A stretch of DNA of 63,193 bases, the filler included, from Octopus bimaculoides (Eukaryota): NCBI RefSeq assembly GCF_001194135.2. It is 4 parts of 4 records of this genome, joined end to end, with 100 filler letters (N's around TTAATTAATTAA, not from the genome) between each part and the next. Parts side by side here need not be neighbours in the genome. Positions count along the whole stretch, not along the records: positions 37,280 to 63,193 come from NC_069005.1; 3 more parts are not named here. One strand, written 5' to 3'. Below are positions 37,534-50,717 of this stretch, in pieces; position 1 is the stretch's first letter, and each line of letters begins with the position of its first letter. Under the pieces are notes generated by a model, which saw only the letters and a list, made by a program, of their open reading frames with translations, did no database searches and was not told the DNA's origin. The position numbers and the translations under genes are program-made.

Positions 37534-38070
37534 TTAACATTTAATGATTAAAGAGAAGATTCAAAGTCGTATTATAGAGTAAAAGTGGATTTTCTTTCGC
37601 TTTATGAAAAAAAAAAACGAACTAAAAAACAAAACAAAACAAAACAAGAACAAACCCATAATGACAAAATAATAATCTTGCCTAACTCGGCCTTTCTTCT
37701 TCATAAGTGGTTATTTTCTCAGAGCTGAAACCACAATGACGACAATGATGATGGTGCTGATGATGATAGTGATGATGATGATGATGATGACATACAGTGG
37801 TGATGATGATGAGGATGACAACGATGATAATGATGTTAATGATGAGAAGTATCTGTTTTGCATGTAAAGAGACCAGTTATATTTTCAATTTATACTCTAT
37901 ATTCATGAGAAAACAGTCTCAAGTGATGGAATATAAGCGTTACTTTGCATTTTTTGTAAATTTTTTTTTTTTCATTTTCTTTTTGTGGCTGTTAGTTTTA
38001 CATTTTTTGCTTGGAGGGTGAGGGTCAGATAAAGTGGGATGAGAGAATAAAAAGGATGATATATATATCA

Positions 38071-38107
<37 letters not shown>

Positions 38108-38108
<1 letters not shown>

Positions 38109-38575
38109 AAGCATGGCTGAATGGCTAAGAAGGTCACTTTACAATCGTGCAGTTTTGGGTTCAGTCCCATGGCAGGACACCTCAGGTGAGTGATTTTTAC
38201 CCTATAGCCCCAGGCCGACCAAAAACCTTGTGAGTGAATTTGATAGACAGAAAACAAATGGAAGGCGACGAGCTGGCAGAAACGTTAGCACACCGGGCGA
38301 AATGCTTAGCGGTATTTCGTCTGCCGCTACGTTCCGAGTTCAAATTCCGCCAAGGTCGACTTTGCCTTTCATCCTTTCGGGGTCGATAAATTAAGTACCA
38401 GTTATGCACTGGGGTCGATGTAATCGACTTAATCCGTTTGTCTGTCCTTGTTTGTCCTTTCTATGTTTAGCCCCTTGTGGGCAATAAAGAAATACGAAAA
38501 CATATGGAAGTCCATTGTATAAATATTTGTGTGTGTGAGGGTTTGTTTATGTCTAGCTCTCCCCCCCTCTCTATC
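38108..38575 (+). mobile_element. Family 1 SINE split by a family 2 SINE
   Basis: Head 38108-38264; remainder resumes after 38510. Confidence 0.75.
38265..38495 (+). mobile_element. Well-preserved family 2 SINE with 15-bp TSD
   Basis: ggcgacgagctggcagaaacgttagc...gagttcaaattcc (B-box-like); flanked by GAAAACAAATGGAAG (38250-38264) and GAAAACATATGGAAG (38496-38510). Confidence 0.9.
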
Positions 38576-38689
38576 TCTTACCACCTGACAACTGCCTGCA
38601 TGATAATGAGCATCATTATTATGCAGGTAGTGTCCTTCATTTCTAATATTCAGTGAAAAGCATGTCTTGCCATGGGGAAAAAATTACCT

Positions 38690-38815
38690 TATTGGGAAAC
38701 AGGTGAGAGTTGGCAGCAGGAATGGAATTTGGCTGTAGAAAATCTGTTTCAACAAATTCCATCCAACCCATGCAAGCATGGAAAAGCGGACATGAAAAGG
38801 ACGTTGAATAATAAA
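38690..38815 (+). mobile_element. 3' fragment of family 4 (RTE-like tail) repeat
   Basis: ccatccaacccatgcaagcatggaaaagcggac is shared with 55180-55215. Confidence 0.65.
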
Positions 38816-39870
38816 AAAGATGCAACCAGGTTTGGAACCAGTGACTTTTTGGTTGCTAATTCATCGCCCTATGGAATTGTTCAACTGTGGCTTGATTTAA
38901 ATATTAGCTAACAAAGCAGGATAAAACAAGATTTGACAGGCTCACTTGTACATACATAAGTATGTATGTTTGTAAATATATCTATGTCTATGTATGTATG
39001 TATTTATGTCTGTCTATATAAGATTGCATTAATGTCGAAATAACAAGAAATCAATAACAGGGCCAGCGGCATCGAAAACACACAAGGTTTGATAGTTAGC
39101 CAAGCATCGGAATGTATATATCAAACGTTGTTTGAACAGTTTCTTTCCCCTCCGGGGCCCTAAACAGAAGAGAGATTAGAGAAATATCTGTCTCAAAGGA
39201 TAGAAAGACAATGTTTGTTTACGACACATTAATTTGGCAACTGTAAACAGATGAAGCAAATATTCCTTGGTCAATGACAGCGATGCAGTGATTTTGATTT
39301 TGGTTCTGTTCTCCTTTTTTTTTTTTTTTCCTGTGTTTTGATTTATAAGCTCCATCGCTCAACACATTATCAACCCTGAGTAATTGCTCCGCTGTACTTC
39401 TCTCCTTTGTCTGTCTCCTTGTGTTGTTGTTATTATTGTTGTTGTTGTTGTGCTTGTTTAATTCCAGATCAGTCATGATCAAGCAAAATCTGTGTTCAAA
39501 GATCTACAGGCTCTGACTTCCTGTCTTCCTCTATTTAACCCCCCCCCCAAAAAAAAACAACAAAACAACAAAAGAATAGAGTGTATCTTGGATTATATCA
39601 TGAAGTGTTTTCTTTCTTTTCTTTTATTCTGTTAACACAGTACAGCCTGAATTAAAAGAGTACACATTTGGCTGCTGTTTCTAGATGGACAGGTGGCCAT
39701 GTAGATAAACTTGTTGACCAGTGTATGTGTGTGTAAATATATATATATGTATATAAGTAGATAGATACACATTCACATCACACATGTATTCATATACACA
39801 CACACATATAAATATATATGTATGTACACATATATACTTATATCAGAAGCCCATCACATGCGTATGTTTG

Positions 39871-39944
<74 letters not shown>

Positions 39945-40203
39945 TATATGTATATACACACATATATGTATACACATATACATGTATGAATGTATGTATG
40001 TGTATAAGATATATGTATGTATGTATGTATGTATGTATATCTTATGCACCATTAATCCAGATAAGATTTTTTCTCTTTCTGTTTTCATTCCTCATTCCTT
40101 TTCGTTGTCAAAGACTTTTCCATTTCTCCTGAGCGTCAGACTAATACACATTTGTTTGTTGTTTCCTTGCCTGTCTTCGTCTTTTGTATTTTGTACATTT
40201 GAA

Positions 40204-40241
<38 letters not shown>

Positions 40242-40300
40242 CAGAATGAGATAAAAAATTCAAGGCTGTGAATAGTTTTCAGAACATTCATAAAGAGAAG

Positions 40301-40348
40301 GTCTTACAGCTGTTTCCGGAATATTTTATATATCCCTTAATCAGAGAC
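40301..40348 (-). ncRNA. Mirror copy of the hammerhead-like motif
   Basis: Exact reverse complement of 40393-40440. Confidence 0.7.
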
Positions 40349-40392
40349 AGTGTGAGAAAATGTTTAAGTAATAGTTAACATTTTCTCACACT

Positions 40393-40440
40393 GTCTCTGA
40401 TTAAGGGATATATAAAATATTCCGGAAACAGCTGTAAGAC
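40393..40440 (+). ncRNA. Minimal type I hammerhead-ribozyme-like motif (G8-to-U variant)
   Basis: GTCT | CTGATTA | A | GGGATAT-ATAAA-ATATTCC | G | GAAAC-AGCT-GTA | AGAC: helix I GTCT/AGAC, 7-bp helix II, minimal helix III with palindromic CAGCTG, GUA cleavage triplet. Confidence 0.7.
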
Positions 40441-40989
40441 CTTCTCTTTATGAATGTTCTGAAAACTATTCACAGCCTTGGATTTTTTTATCTGATTCTG
40501 TTAATTCTTATATAGATGCATGCTAATACACTACCTATGTTAGACTCCTCATTTGTGTCATTATCGAACCTGGAGCTTAACTATAATCTGTTCATAGCAC
40601 TTACTGAGCATTACCTGGCACCTTTGGGTCTTCTTGACACCAATACCTCTCATAACCTCAAGTGGATGTACACAAAGTACGATCATTACTAGAAATAACA
40701 GCAGGTAGGCTATTGGTGCTACGTAGAGGTTCACTGAATGTTTACAGGTAAAGATGTTTGCAAGCGGTGAAAATAGGAAAATTCTGTCATACCTCTATGG
40801 AGACCGTTAGAGGAATGAAGGATAATTCTGTATATATGTATATATACATATATACACATGTAAATCACCTGTTGCCCTGCCATTTTCTCTGTTTTTGTTT
40901 CTAGAAGCAGCTGGAACAGTGGCAGCCGTTCTTTCATACATTCTGGCAACTTTAATTGAGCGGTTCTTTAATTAGGTGTTAATGTTGCT

Positions 40990-41390
40990 CTTCTGAGAGG
41001 TAGGGTTGAGCGGAGCAGGGTTACAGTGCTGCTGGCTGTTGTTGGGCAGGTAGTTGGGTGGATGATCGGGTGGACAAATGATGGATGAATGTGTTGATGG
41101 TTTGGTGGCTGGCTGGCTGATTGGACAGTGTTCAGTGGATGTAATGCTTATTGTGAGGATGAATGGATAGGTCATTTGGTCAATGGATGGATGGATGTTT
41201 GGTGAATGAATGGATGAATACATTGTATGCTGGCTGGCTGGCTGGCTGGATGAATGGTTGGTTGGCTTGGTGGATGGATCAATGGATCTTTGGTATTGTG
41301 GATGGATAGATGGATGGATGAATATAGCCATGGATGGATGGATAGTTGGCTGGATGGATGGATGGTTATTTAGAAGGATGGCTGGATAGA
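40990..41390. repeat. Degenerate (GGAT/GGCT)n microsatellite field
   Basis: Direct reading. Confidence 0.85.
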
Positions 41391-41529
41391 TATGTGGTTA
41401 ACAACCGTAGGGATATTGAGTTATTTGTGCATTTACAAAACGTAAGAATATGACAAAAGCCTGTGTGTGTATCTGTATATTTGTATGTACCTGTGTGTAG
41501 GCAACACTACAATGTGATCATTGATCACA

Positions 41530-41792
41530 TGATCATGGGCCTAACCAAGCTATCAACTGTTGTTATACATCGCTGGTCACAATGCGCTTTTGCGCTGTTT
41601 TAGACTTCAAATGATGCCACCGTGCTGGCTAGGCGAGCAGGCCAACATTCTCCCCTGATCGAAGGGGTACTTGAGTAATTTGAAATGAAGTGTTTTGCTC
41701 AAGAACACAACCTGCCACCTAGTCAAGGAATCGAACCCACAATCTAGTGAGCATGAGTGCAACTGCATAACCATTAAGCTACACACCTTCAC
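41530..41792 (-). mobile_element. tRNA-headed SINE (family 3-like)
   Basis: Minus strand gtgaaggtgtgtagcttaatggttatgcag...gggttcgattcc...ttgagcaaaacacttcatttca; head resembles 35865 and 50718. Confidence 0.75.
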
Positions 41793-42620
41793 AAAATGTG
41801 ATCAGTTGAAATGCTAAACGTTGCATCATCCAAAAGAGCTCTTGAGGTTGCACCCCTTCTACCCAAACTTACCTGACATTTCTAGTCCAAATCTGTACCG
41901 TAGTGACAGGCGGTAGATCACATCTTCTGATACACATGCAACTAATTTTGTCTGCATGGAAAAGACATTATAAAATTATACATGTATTGCGGATATTTGA
42001 TAACTCAGCCTTGTGTTGTTTAATTTTTCTGATCCCTGAGGAAACTTTATTTTCTGCATCCAGTTTGCATTGGCTGAAAGACAGTGCAACTGCACACCAA
42101 ATGTCTTGCACTATTTTGTTTTATCTGTGTGTTTTTTTTTTTTCTCCATCAGATTAGTTAATACATGGATTGGAAGACTGTCAGCTCTGTATTACCAGGT
42201 TGTCTATCAAAGAATAGTAACTTTTTATCATCAGCACACTCACACACACATACACACGCATGTACATGTACTGGACCTGCTCATAAGCATTTACATGCAT
42301 TCATACATGAGCACATATGAACACATTTATACATAAAGAGGTGATGAACAGGAAAATTTTAGCTTGGTGACTTATGTTCGTAGGCATCAATATATAAATG
42401 TAGATTTACACACGCAAGGAGACCGTCCAGAAGAGTTGCAGGAGATTTCAAAGTCGTCTGCGGGGCGTGTTTGAAGGGAATGGCGATTTTGTTGAATAAA
42501 TTTATTCTTTAGTATTCCAAGATATTTTTATGTAATTTTGGTAAATATATCTGTTAAAATGAGATACCAGTGTTATTTTCATTTTTTGTGTAACTTAGAC
42601 GACAATTTATTCACCGCACC

Positions 42621-42698
<78 letters not shown>

Positions 42699-42717
42699 CC
42701 ACATTCTGTATAAATAT

Positions 42718-43187
42718 CATCATCATCATCGGCGTTTAATGTCCACTTTCCATGCTGGCATGGGTTGGATGGTTTGACTGAGGGCTAGCAAGCCAGAAGG
42801 CTGCACCAAGCTCCAATCTGATCTGGCAAAGTTTCTACAGCTGGATGCTCTTCCTAATGCCAACCAGTCCGAGAATGTAGTGGGTGCTTTTTATGTGCCA
42901 CCAGCACGAGAGCCAGTCAGGATGCACTGGCATCGACCATGCTCGAATGGTACTTCTTACATGCCACTGGCACAGGAGCCAATCAAGCAGCACTAGCAAT
43001 GATCATGCTTGAATGGTACTTTTTACATGCCACCGACACGGGACCAGTCAAGCAGCACTGGCCTCGACCACGCTCAAATGGTGCTTTTTACATGCCACCA
43101 GTATGGGTGCCAATCAGGCAGTACTGTCATTGGCCCTGACAAGGACTTCACTTGATACAACAGGTCTTTGCAAGCGCAGTTTATTTT
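42718..43187 (-). mobile_element. Family 4 composite retroposon with internal 65-66-bp VNTR and (GAT)n tail
   Basis: Four repeat units starting at 42883, 42949, 43015 and 43080; both ends homologous to 54759-55237 in the opposite orientation. Confidence 0.85.
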
Positions 43188-43289
43188 TGTAGCAGTTGAC
43201 TATGGAGCTGCTACACCATCCCTGTACATGACTTGTACAGATCACACAAACCACTCATCTGTCCATAGTTCCTACATTTGCCTAGGGCT

Positions 43290-43440
43290 TCTCTTTGTTT
43301 TTGTGTACCAAATCCACTCACAAGGCTTTGGTCAGCCTGAGGCTATAGTAGAACACATTTACCCAAGGTGCCATGCAGTGAGACTGAACTCAGAAGTATG
43401 TGGTTGGGAAGCAAACTTCCTACCACATGTCCATGCCTGC
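43290..43440 (-). mobile_element. Family 1 SINE head
   Basis: accaaatccactcacaaggctttggtcagcctgaggctatagtagaa...gtggttgggaagcaa. Confidence 0.85.
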
Positions 43441-43928
43441 ACNNNNNNNNNNNNNNNNNNNNNNNNNNNNNNNNNNNNNNNNNNNNNNNNNNNNNNNNNN
43501 NNNNNNNNNNNNNNNNNNNNNNNNNNNNNNNNNNNNNNNNNNNNNNNNNNNNNNNNNNNNNNNNNNNNNNNNNNNNNNNNNNNNNNNNNNNNNNNNNNNN
43601 NNNNNNNNNNNNNNNNNNNNNNNNNNNNNNNNNNNNNNNNNNNNNNNNNNNNNNNNNNNNNNNNNNNNNNNNNNNNNNNNNNNNNNNNNNNNNNNNNNNN
43701 NNNNNNNNNNNNNNNNNNNNNNNNNNNNNNNNNNNNNNNNNNNNNNNNNNNNNNNNNNNNNNNNNNNNNNNNNNNNNNNNNNNNNNNNNNNNNNNNNNNN
43801 NNNNNNNNNNNNNNNNNNNNNNNNNNNNNNNNNNNNNNNNNNNNNNNNNNNNNNNNNNNNNNNNNNNNNNNNNNNNNNNNNNNNNNNNNNNNNNNNNNNN
43901 NNNNNNNNTATATATGTATATATATATG

Positions 43929-43993
<65 letters not shown>

Positions 43994-44099
43994 ATATATA
44001 TATATATGTATATAGAATGTGTGTGTGTGTGTGTAGTGGAACCATGATGTTGGGATCATGTATATAATAACCTAGCCACAAGGCCATACATCTTCACAT

Positions 44100-44270
44100 C
44101 TCAGTACTTGGCTGGTTTTTTTAAAAAATTTAATTGACCCCACAAGGATGACAGGCAGAGAGCTGACATTGCCATTGTCAAGATTTGAATCCTGAACATA
44201 AAGACACCAAAACAAATATCAGAAGACATTTTGTCCAATATTTTAAATGATTCTGTCAATCCAGCAGCAG
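44100..44270 (-). mobile_element. Degenerate family 2 SINE
   Basis: attgaccccacaaggatgacaggca...gatttgaatcctgaacataaag resembles the 20.3-21.0 kb units. Confidence 0.55.
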
Positions 44271-44498
44271 CAGAAGAAGATAACAGTAAAGATGAAAAGA
44301 AGGAAAGAATGAAAGATGAAAGGAAGGAAGGAAGGAAAGAAAGAAAGGCAGGAATGAAGGAAGGCAGGAAGGAAGTGTCATGCACCCATTTTTCATAGGA
44401 TTAGTTGATACACGGATTGAAATACTGTCAACACTGGACTACCTAGTTGTACATCAATGAATAACTACATTGTATTATTTAATCAAACATCATTCTTC

Positions 44499-44531
<33 letters not shown>

Positions 44532-44719
44532 TTCATACATACATACATACAAGTACCCATGCACAAAGAAAACTTCTGTGTATGCACACATGTACACTCA
44601 TGTATGTATGCAGAAACACACACACATACGCGCGCACACATATATAGATGTACCCATATGCACACCCAAGAACACACATGCACTCTCTGTCAGTCTGTCT
44701 CTCTCCCTCTCGCTCTTTC

Positions 44720-44751
<32 letters not shown>

Positions 44752-44817
44752 TACATATATTATGGTGATGAGCAAGAGAGCTTTAGCTTCTTGATATACA
44801 TGTGTGTGTGCACTTGC

Positions 44818-45095
44818 AATCTTTGCAATTTCAACTGGTTATACTCAAGATTGCTCCAATCTGGCCAGCCCCAAGTAAAAACTAAGCTAAGAGCATTAGA
44901 TTCCTTGAAAGAAAGCAGCGAATGTATATGAAAACAATGACGGAAAAAAAGCGGAGAATGTTACACAAATACAAATAACAGGACATGACAACAGGTGTCT
45001 TTCGACTAAGGACAAATTAAATGGACGTTTTGATGTCCCTTTTTTTGTATCACCTAACTGTCTGGATGTTTTGCGTTCTTGTCCCACTTTGTATT
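44818..45095 (+). repeat. Second copy of the 25.5-kb repeat, rearranged
   Basis: Block B forward (44818-~45022) followed by block A inverted (~45025-45090). Confidence 0.85.
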
Positions 45096-45334
45096 TTATA
45101 TATATATANNNNNNNNNNNNNNNNNNNNNNNNNNNNNNNNNNNNNNNNNNNNNNNNNNNNNNNNNNNNNNNNNNNNNNNNNNNNNNNNNNNNNNNNNNNN
45201 NNNNNNNNNNNNNNNNNNNNNNNNNNNNNNNNNNNNNNNNNNNNNNNNNNNNNNNNNNNNNNNNNNNNNNNNNNNNNNNNNNNNNNNNNNNNNNNNNNNN
45301 NNNNNNNNNNNNNNNNNNNNNNNNNNNNCACACA

Positions 45335-45524
45335 CATGGGGGTACTGAAAAGTTCCTGGCTTTGGCTAAAAGAAAAGACAGGAGAATCAGTTAATTATGA
45401 TTTTATTCAGCATATTCCCGTCTCAGATTCACACACTTATTGCAGAGGTCCTTGGAATGTTGGGCCTCTAACCAGGCCTTTTGTGATATCCTTAAAGCCA
45501 GGAACTTTTCAGCACCCCCTCGTT
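45335..45524 (-). mobile_element. Mariner-derived MITE
   Basis: TIRs GGGGGTACTGAAAAGTTCCTGGCTTT / AAAGCCAGGAACTTTTCAGCACCCCCTCGT; related copy at 52686-52899. Confidence 0.9.
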
Positions 45525-45779
45525 TAAGCATGTCATGATCTGAAGCAAAAATGGTAAGGAAGCAAATAGCTACTTGATAGCTTTGAGAGCTTCAGAATAC
45601 AACAGTAGATAATCTGAGTTGACGTGGCCTAATATTTTAGAGAACATGTTTACACTGTCCTGTTGTGTCATGTTCTGGCCCTTAATTAAATTGCAGGCAT
45701 TGTTGTGTTTCTGTGCAGCTTGTAGCTGTAATTATATGCCACAACTGAATGATGGAGTAGGGAAAGAAAGAAAGATAGA

Positions 45780-46265
45780 CTGATAGATATGTAAATAAAT
45801 AGATAGATAGATAGATAGATAGATAAATATGATAATAGATAGGTAAGTAGACAGATATATATTTTGATAGAAAGATAGATAGACAGATGAATATTCTGAT
45901 AGATGGATAGATATTTTGGTAGATAAATAGATAACTAGAAAGATATTTGGATAGATGGATGGATGTGGATGGATAGCACAGATTAATGAAAAGCTTAAAT
46001 GGTAGAGATGTAGAGATGTATTAACGTGTATATAGAGATGGATAGGTAGATTGATTGGTTAGTAGATCGATTGATACATGAAGGATGACAAAGGAAAAGA
46101 TAGATGAATAAGCTGAGATAAACATGTGTAGTATAACAAATAATAGATAGATAGATAGACAGACACATAGAAAGGTAGATAGATTTTTAAACTTGACAGG
46201 CAGATTGGAAGATAGACAGATAGATAGATAGATAGCTAGATAGATAGCTAGATAAATAGATAGGA
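45780..46265. repeat. Degenerate (GATA)n field
   Basis: Direct reading. Confidence 0.85.
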
Positions 46266-48257
46266 AGATGTTTTTGTATCTTTAAATTTGCTTTTCTGAT
46301 GAGATTTAATTTGAAAACATTTCGGTGTTTTCTACTTTCATCATGTCTTAATTTTGTTGGTTCTTTCTTGCCTTTCTCTGTATTTTGTACTATTTATTTA
46401 TTTGTGTATCATTAAAGAAGAGAAGAAAACAACTGTGATAATAAAATGAGATCAATTATAAGAGGTATTTACAGAAATGGTGGTAAGACAAGTCAGTTAT
46501 AATCCGACTATGCTACTTTGCTATGGCTGTACGATGATGATAATAATAATAACATTCTATAGAATCAACACATCCTACTTGTAGTGAGAAAGCTGTTGTT
46601 GTTTTTGTTGTTGTTGTTGCTGTTGTTGTTTTGTGGGTTTTTTAAAAAAAATTTTATTATTTAGAAGTAATAAATTAGTCATGAAGATGAAGGAGCCGAA
46701 TGAGAGTTGACCGTGAGAAGAAGGTTAGATGGAAATAGTTAATCATTTTGAATGTTTGAAGATGAGAAAGTTGAAGGTGGAAGAGAGAAAAAAAAAAACN
46801 NNNNNNNNNNNNNNNNNNNNNNNNNNNNNNNNNNNNNNNNNNNNNNNNNNNNNNNNNNNNNNNNNNNNNNNNNNNNNNNNNNNNNNNNNNNNNNNNNNNN
46901 NNNNNNNNNNNNNNNNNNNNNNNNNNNNNNNNNNNNNNNNNNNNNNNNNNNNNNNNNNNNNNNNNNNNNNNNNNNNNNNNNNNNNNNNNNNNNNNNNNNN
47001 NNNNNNNNNNNNNNNNNNNNNNNNNNNNNNNNNNNNNNNNNNNNNNNNNNNNNNNNNNNNNNNNNNNNNNNNNNNNNNNNNNNNNNNNNNNNNNNNNNNN
47101 NNNNNNNNNNNNNNNNNNNNNNNNNNNNNNNNNNNNNNNNNNNNNNNNNNNNNNNNNNNNNNNNNNNNNNNNNNNNNNNNNNNNNNNNNNNNNNNNNNNN
47201 NNNNNNNNNNNNNNNNNNNNNNNNNNNNNNNNNNNNNNNNNNNNNNNNNNNNNNNNNNNNNNNNNNNNNNNNNNNNNNNNNNNNNNNNNNNNNNNNNNNN
47301 NNNNNNNNNNNNNNNNNNNNNNNNNNNNNNNNNNNNNNNNNNNNNNNNNNNNNNNNNNNNNNNNNNNNNNNNNNNNNNNNNNNNNNNNNNNNNNNNNNNN
47401 NNNNNNNNNNNNNNNNNNNNNNNNNNNNNNNNNNNNNNNNNNNNNNNNNNNNNNNNNNNNNNNNNNNNNNNNNNNNNNNNNNNNNNNNNNNNNNNNNNNN
47501 NNNNNNNNNNNNNNNNNNNNNNNNNNNNNNNNNNNNNNNNNNNNNNNNNNNNNNNNNNNNNNNNNNNNNNNNNNNNNNNNNNNNNNNNNNNNNNNNNNNN
47601 NNNNNNNNNNNNNNNNNNNNNNNNNNNNNNNNNNNNNNNNNNNNNNNNNNNNNNNNNNNNNNNNNNNNNNNNNNNNNNNNNNNNNNNNNNNNNNNNNNNN
47701 NNNNNNNNNNNNNNNNNNNNNNNNNNNNNNNNNNNNNNNNNNNNNNNNNNNNNNNNNNNNNNNNNNNNNTCGTCATCATTGTCATTGTACCTCCTGTAGT
47801 CATTGTTGCCATCATCACCCTCATTATTGTTTTCACAATCATCATTTATCACCATCATCATCATTTTCCCCATCATCATCATCATCATCATCATCATCTC
47901 CTCATCCTCGTTACCCCTCCTCCATCTCCTCCTCCATCTCCTCCTCCTCCTCCTCCTCCTCATCATCATTGTTATTTTACATTGATCGGACAAGTTGCTC
48001 AGTGTGTTCTTCTCTTCAACATTTGGCACCCTTAGTGAGAAGCAATGGACGAAACTCGTCACCTTTTTGGTGTTCTCTTAGTTTTGGCATAGTAGTTAAA
48101 CCGTTTGACTTGGTGCATTTTATCTTCCCCTTGAACCAGAACAGAAATTATGTGTCTGTGTATCTCTGTTTTTCCGTATACAGATGCGGAAATAAATACG
48201 AGCGTGTGAGATCAGTTTCCATGAATAAATACACTCAGGCATTGCAGTAAATATCTA

Positions 48258-48303
<46 letters not shown>

Positions 48304-48857
48304 GCACGTACACTTACANNNNNNNNNNNNNNNNNNNNNNNNNNNNNNNNNNNNNNNNNNNNNNNNNNNNNNNNNNNNNNNNNNNNNNNNNNNNNNNNNN
48401 NNNNNNNNNNNNNNNNNNNNNNNNNNNNNNNNNNNNNNNNNNNNNNNNNNNNNNNNNNNNNNNNNNNNNNNNNNNNNNNNNNNNNNNNNNNNNNNNNNNN
48501 NNNNNNNNNNNNNNNNNNNNNNNNNNNNNNNNNNNNNNNNNNNNNNNNNNNNNNNNNNNNNNNNNNNNNNNNNNNNNNNNNNNNNNNNNNNNNNNNNNNN
48601 NNNNNNNNNNNNNNNNNNNNNNNNNNNNNNNNNNNNNNNNNNNNNNNNNNNNNNNNNNNNNNNNNNNNNNNNNNNNNNNNNNNNNNNNNNNNNNNNNNNN
48701 NNNNNNNNNNNNNNNNNNNNNNNNNNNNNNNNNNNNNNNNNNNNNNNNNNNNNNNNNNNNNNNNNNNNNNNNNNNNNNNNNNNNNNNNNNNNNNNNNNNN
48801 NNNNNNNNNNNNNNNNNNNNNNNNNNNNNNNNNNNNNNNNNNNNNNNNNNNNNNNNN

Positions 48858-48912
<55 letters not shown>

Positions 48913-49378
48913 TATCCACACATACACACTCACATATGTAATACACACATACATGCTCGTACTTATAATACATGTACACACACGCATACACACTCAGATC
49001 TATACATATATGTACACACTCACTTACATGCACATGCATATATATTTGTGTGTATGATGATATCTATCTATCTATCTATCTATATATACATATATAAAAA
49101 AATATATATGTCCACATATACACATATACGTAATAAACACACATACACATGCACACACACACACACCCACACAGAAGCACATTCACACACTTACACTCAT
49201 ATACATTCATACATACATATATACATATATACATTGAAAATAAACAAACCTAGAAAACATTTTAGGATCAAAGCTGTTCAAATGATAATAAAACAAGAAA
49301 ACATTTTTATGTTTTTCGTTTTCTGTTGAAATTTCTCTACCATCTTAAGTTCATTAATTTTTATTTTCTTAAAAAAAA

Positions 49379-49411
<33 letters not shown>

Positions 49412-49431
49412 TATATGTGTGTGTGTGTGTG

Positions 49432-49473
<42 letters not shown>

Positions 49474-50105
49474 CTCGCTTCATCTGTCCAACCATTTAAC
49501 ACTCTGCTACCAAGACAAACGGTTTATTTTTTCAAGCAATATTTCAAAACAGTATTTCTTGCTCGTTTATGTATATCACTTTAATAATAATACTAATAAT
49601 GATGGTATTAATGATGATCATCAGTGATTTTATTTGCCACAAGGGCATTGAATGGATGACATTCTGAAGATGGTTTGTGAAAAGAGTAAATATGCGTGTG
49701 TGGTAAAGGGAAATTAAATCAAGTGAAAAAAAAAAAAAAGAAAGAAAATGAAGACCTTTAAGTGCATTCAAATAAAAATATAATATACATATGTTTATTT
49801 ATACACACACACATACACACATGCACGTGCACACACACACAAATATATTCACTGTTAATACATCACTCTCTCCCTCACTGTGTGTGTGTGTGTGTATATG
49901 TGTATTTTTAATATATCTATGTATTTTATAGCTATATATCAATTTCTCTCCACCCCCATGATATATGATATAAATTATAAAAAAATATAATATATTATAT
50001 ATTATAAATATGTATATTATATATATATATATCATGTATATATATATGTATCTATGTATGGGTATGTATGTACGTATGTGTGTATCTATGTATGTATATA
50101 TGTAA

Positions 50106-50139
<34 letters not shown>

Positions 50140-50717
50140 TTTTATGCATGTATATCTCTCTATATATATAACTACATACACACATGCGCATAAATAATTA
50201 TAGTTTTAAAATAATCATTTTATTTTATTTTACTTTACTCAAGTTATAATGGTATGGTTTAGTTTTCTAAGTTTAAATATTTATTAAAAAAAATTCTCTG
50301 AACCCAAGGGAGCAGAAGACTCGCTCACCCTTCTTTCCTAGTTCCATCTCGGGAAGAAATAAAAGAAAAAAAAAAAAGAAAAAAAGACAAAAACCTGATC
50401 TGGGGAAAAAAAATAATTACATATTGGAACTATATATTCCATTTCATATGTTCCGATGACCTTTCTTTCCAGTGTATTCCATTTGATTTATATATATATT
50501 TATATATATATATATATATTTTTTTACATATAATTCCTTAAAGCTTATATTTTCATGTTAGGAAAAACATTTCCCTTAAGAAAAATACAAAAATTTAAAA
50601 GTATTTTAATGATGGGAACATTTCACTTTTAACATGCTTTTATAAAGATTCGTTTCATCATACGGGAGAATGGGAAAACATAGAGACAGTAATGGAATCG
50701 TGGAGTGGAGACTGCTC

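Larger units (their letters stand above)
40229..40514. repeat. Long palindrome, probable inverted Penelope-like pseudo-LTR pair
   Basis: 104-bp perfect arms 40261-40364 / 40377-40480, 12-nt spacer, plus ~30 bp of outer arm with about 4 differences; next to a (TA)n tract. The Penelope assignment is inferred from the hammerhead motif. Confidence 0.9.

Noticed and set aside
40904-40973. Acceptor-like site followed by AAGTVAAVLSYILATLIERFFN*
   Set aside because: Short, no recognisable homology and no linked exon; it cannot be supported without RNA data.
46276-46335. CTGATGA...GAAAACA-TTTCGG-TGTTTTC as a hammerhead
   Set aside because: Helix II is poor, the cleavage triplet would be UUU and there is no helix I pairing.
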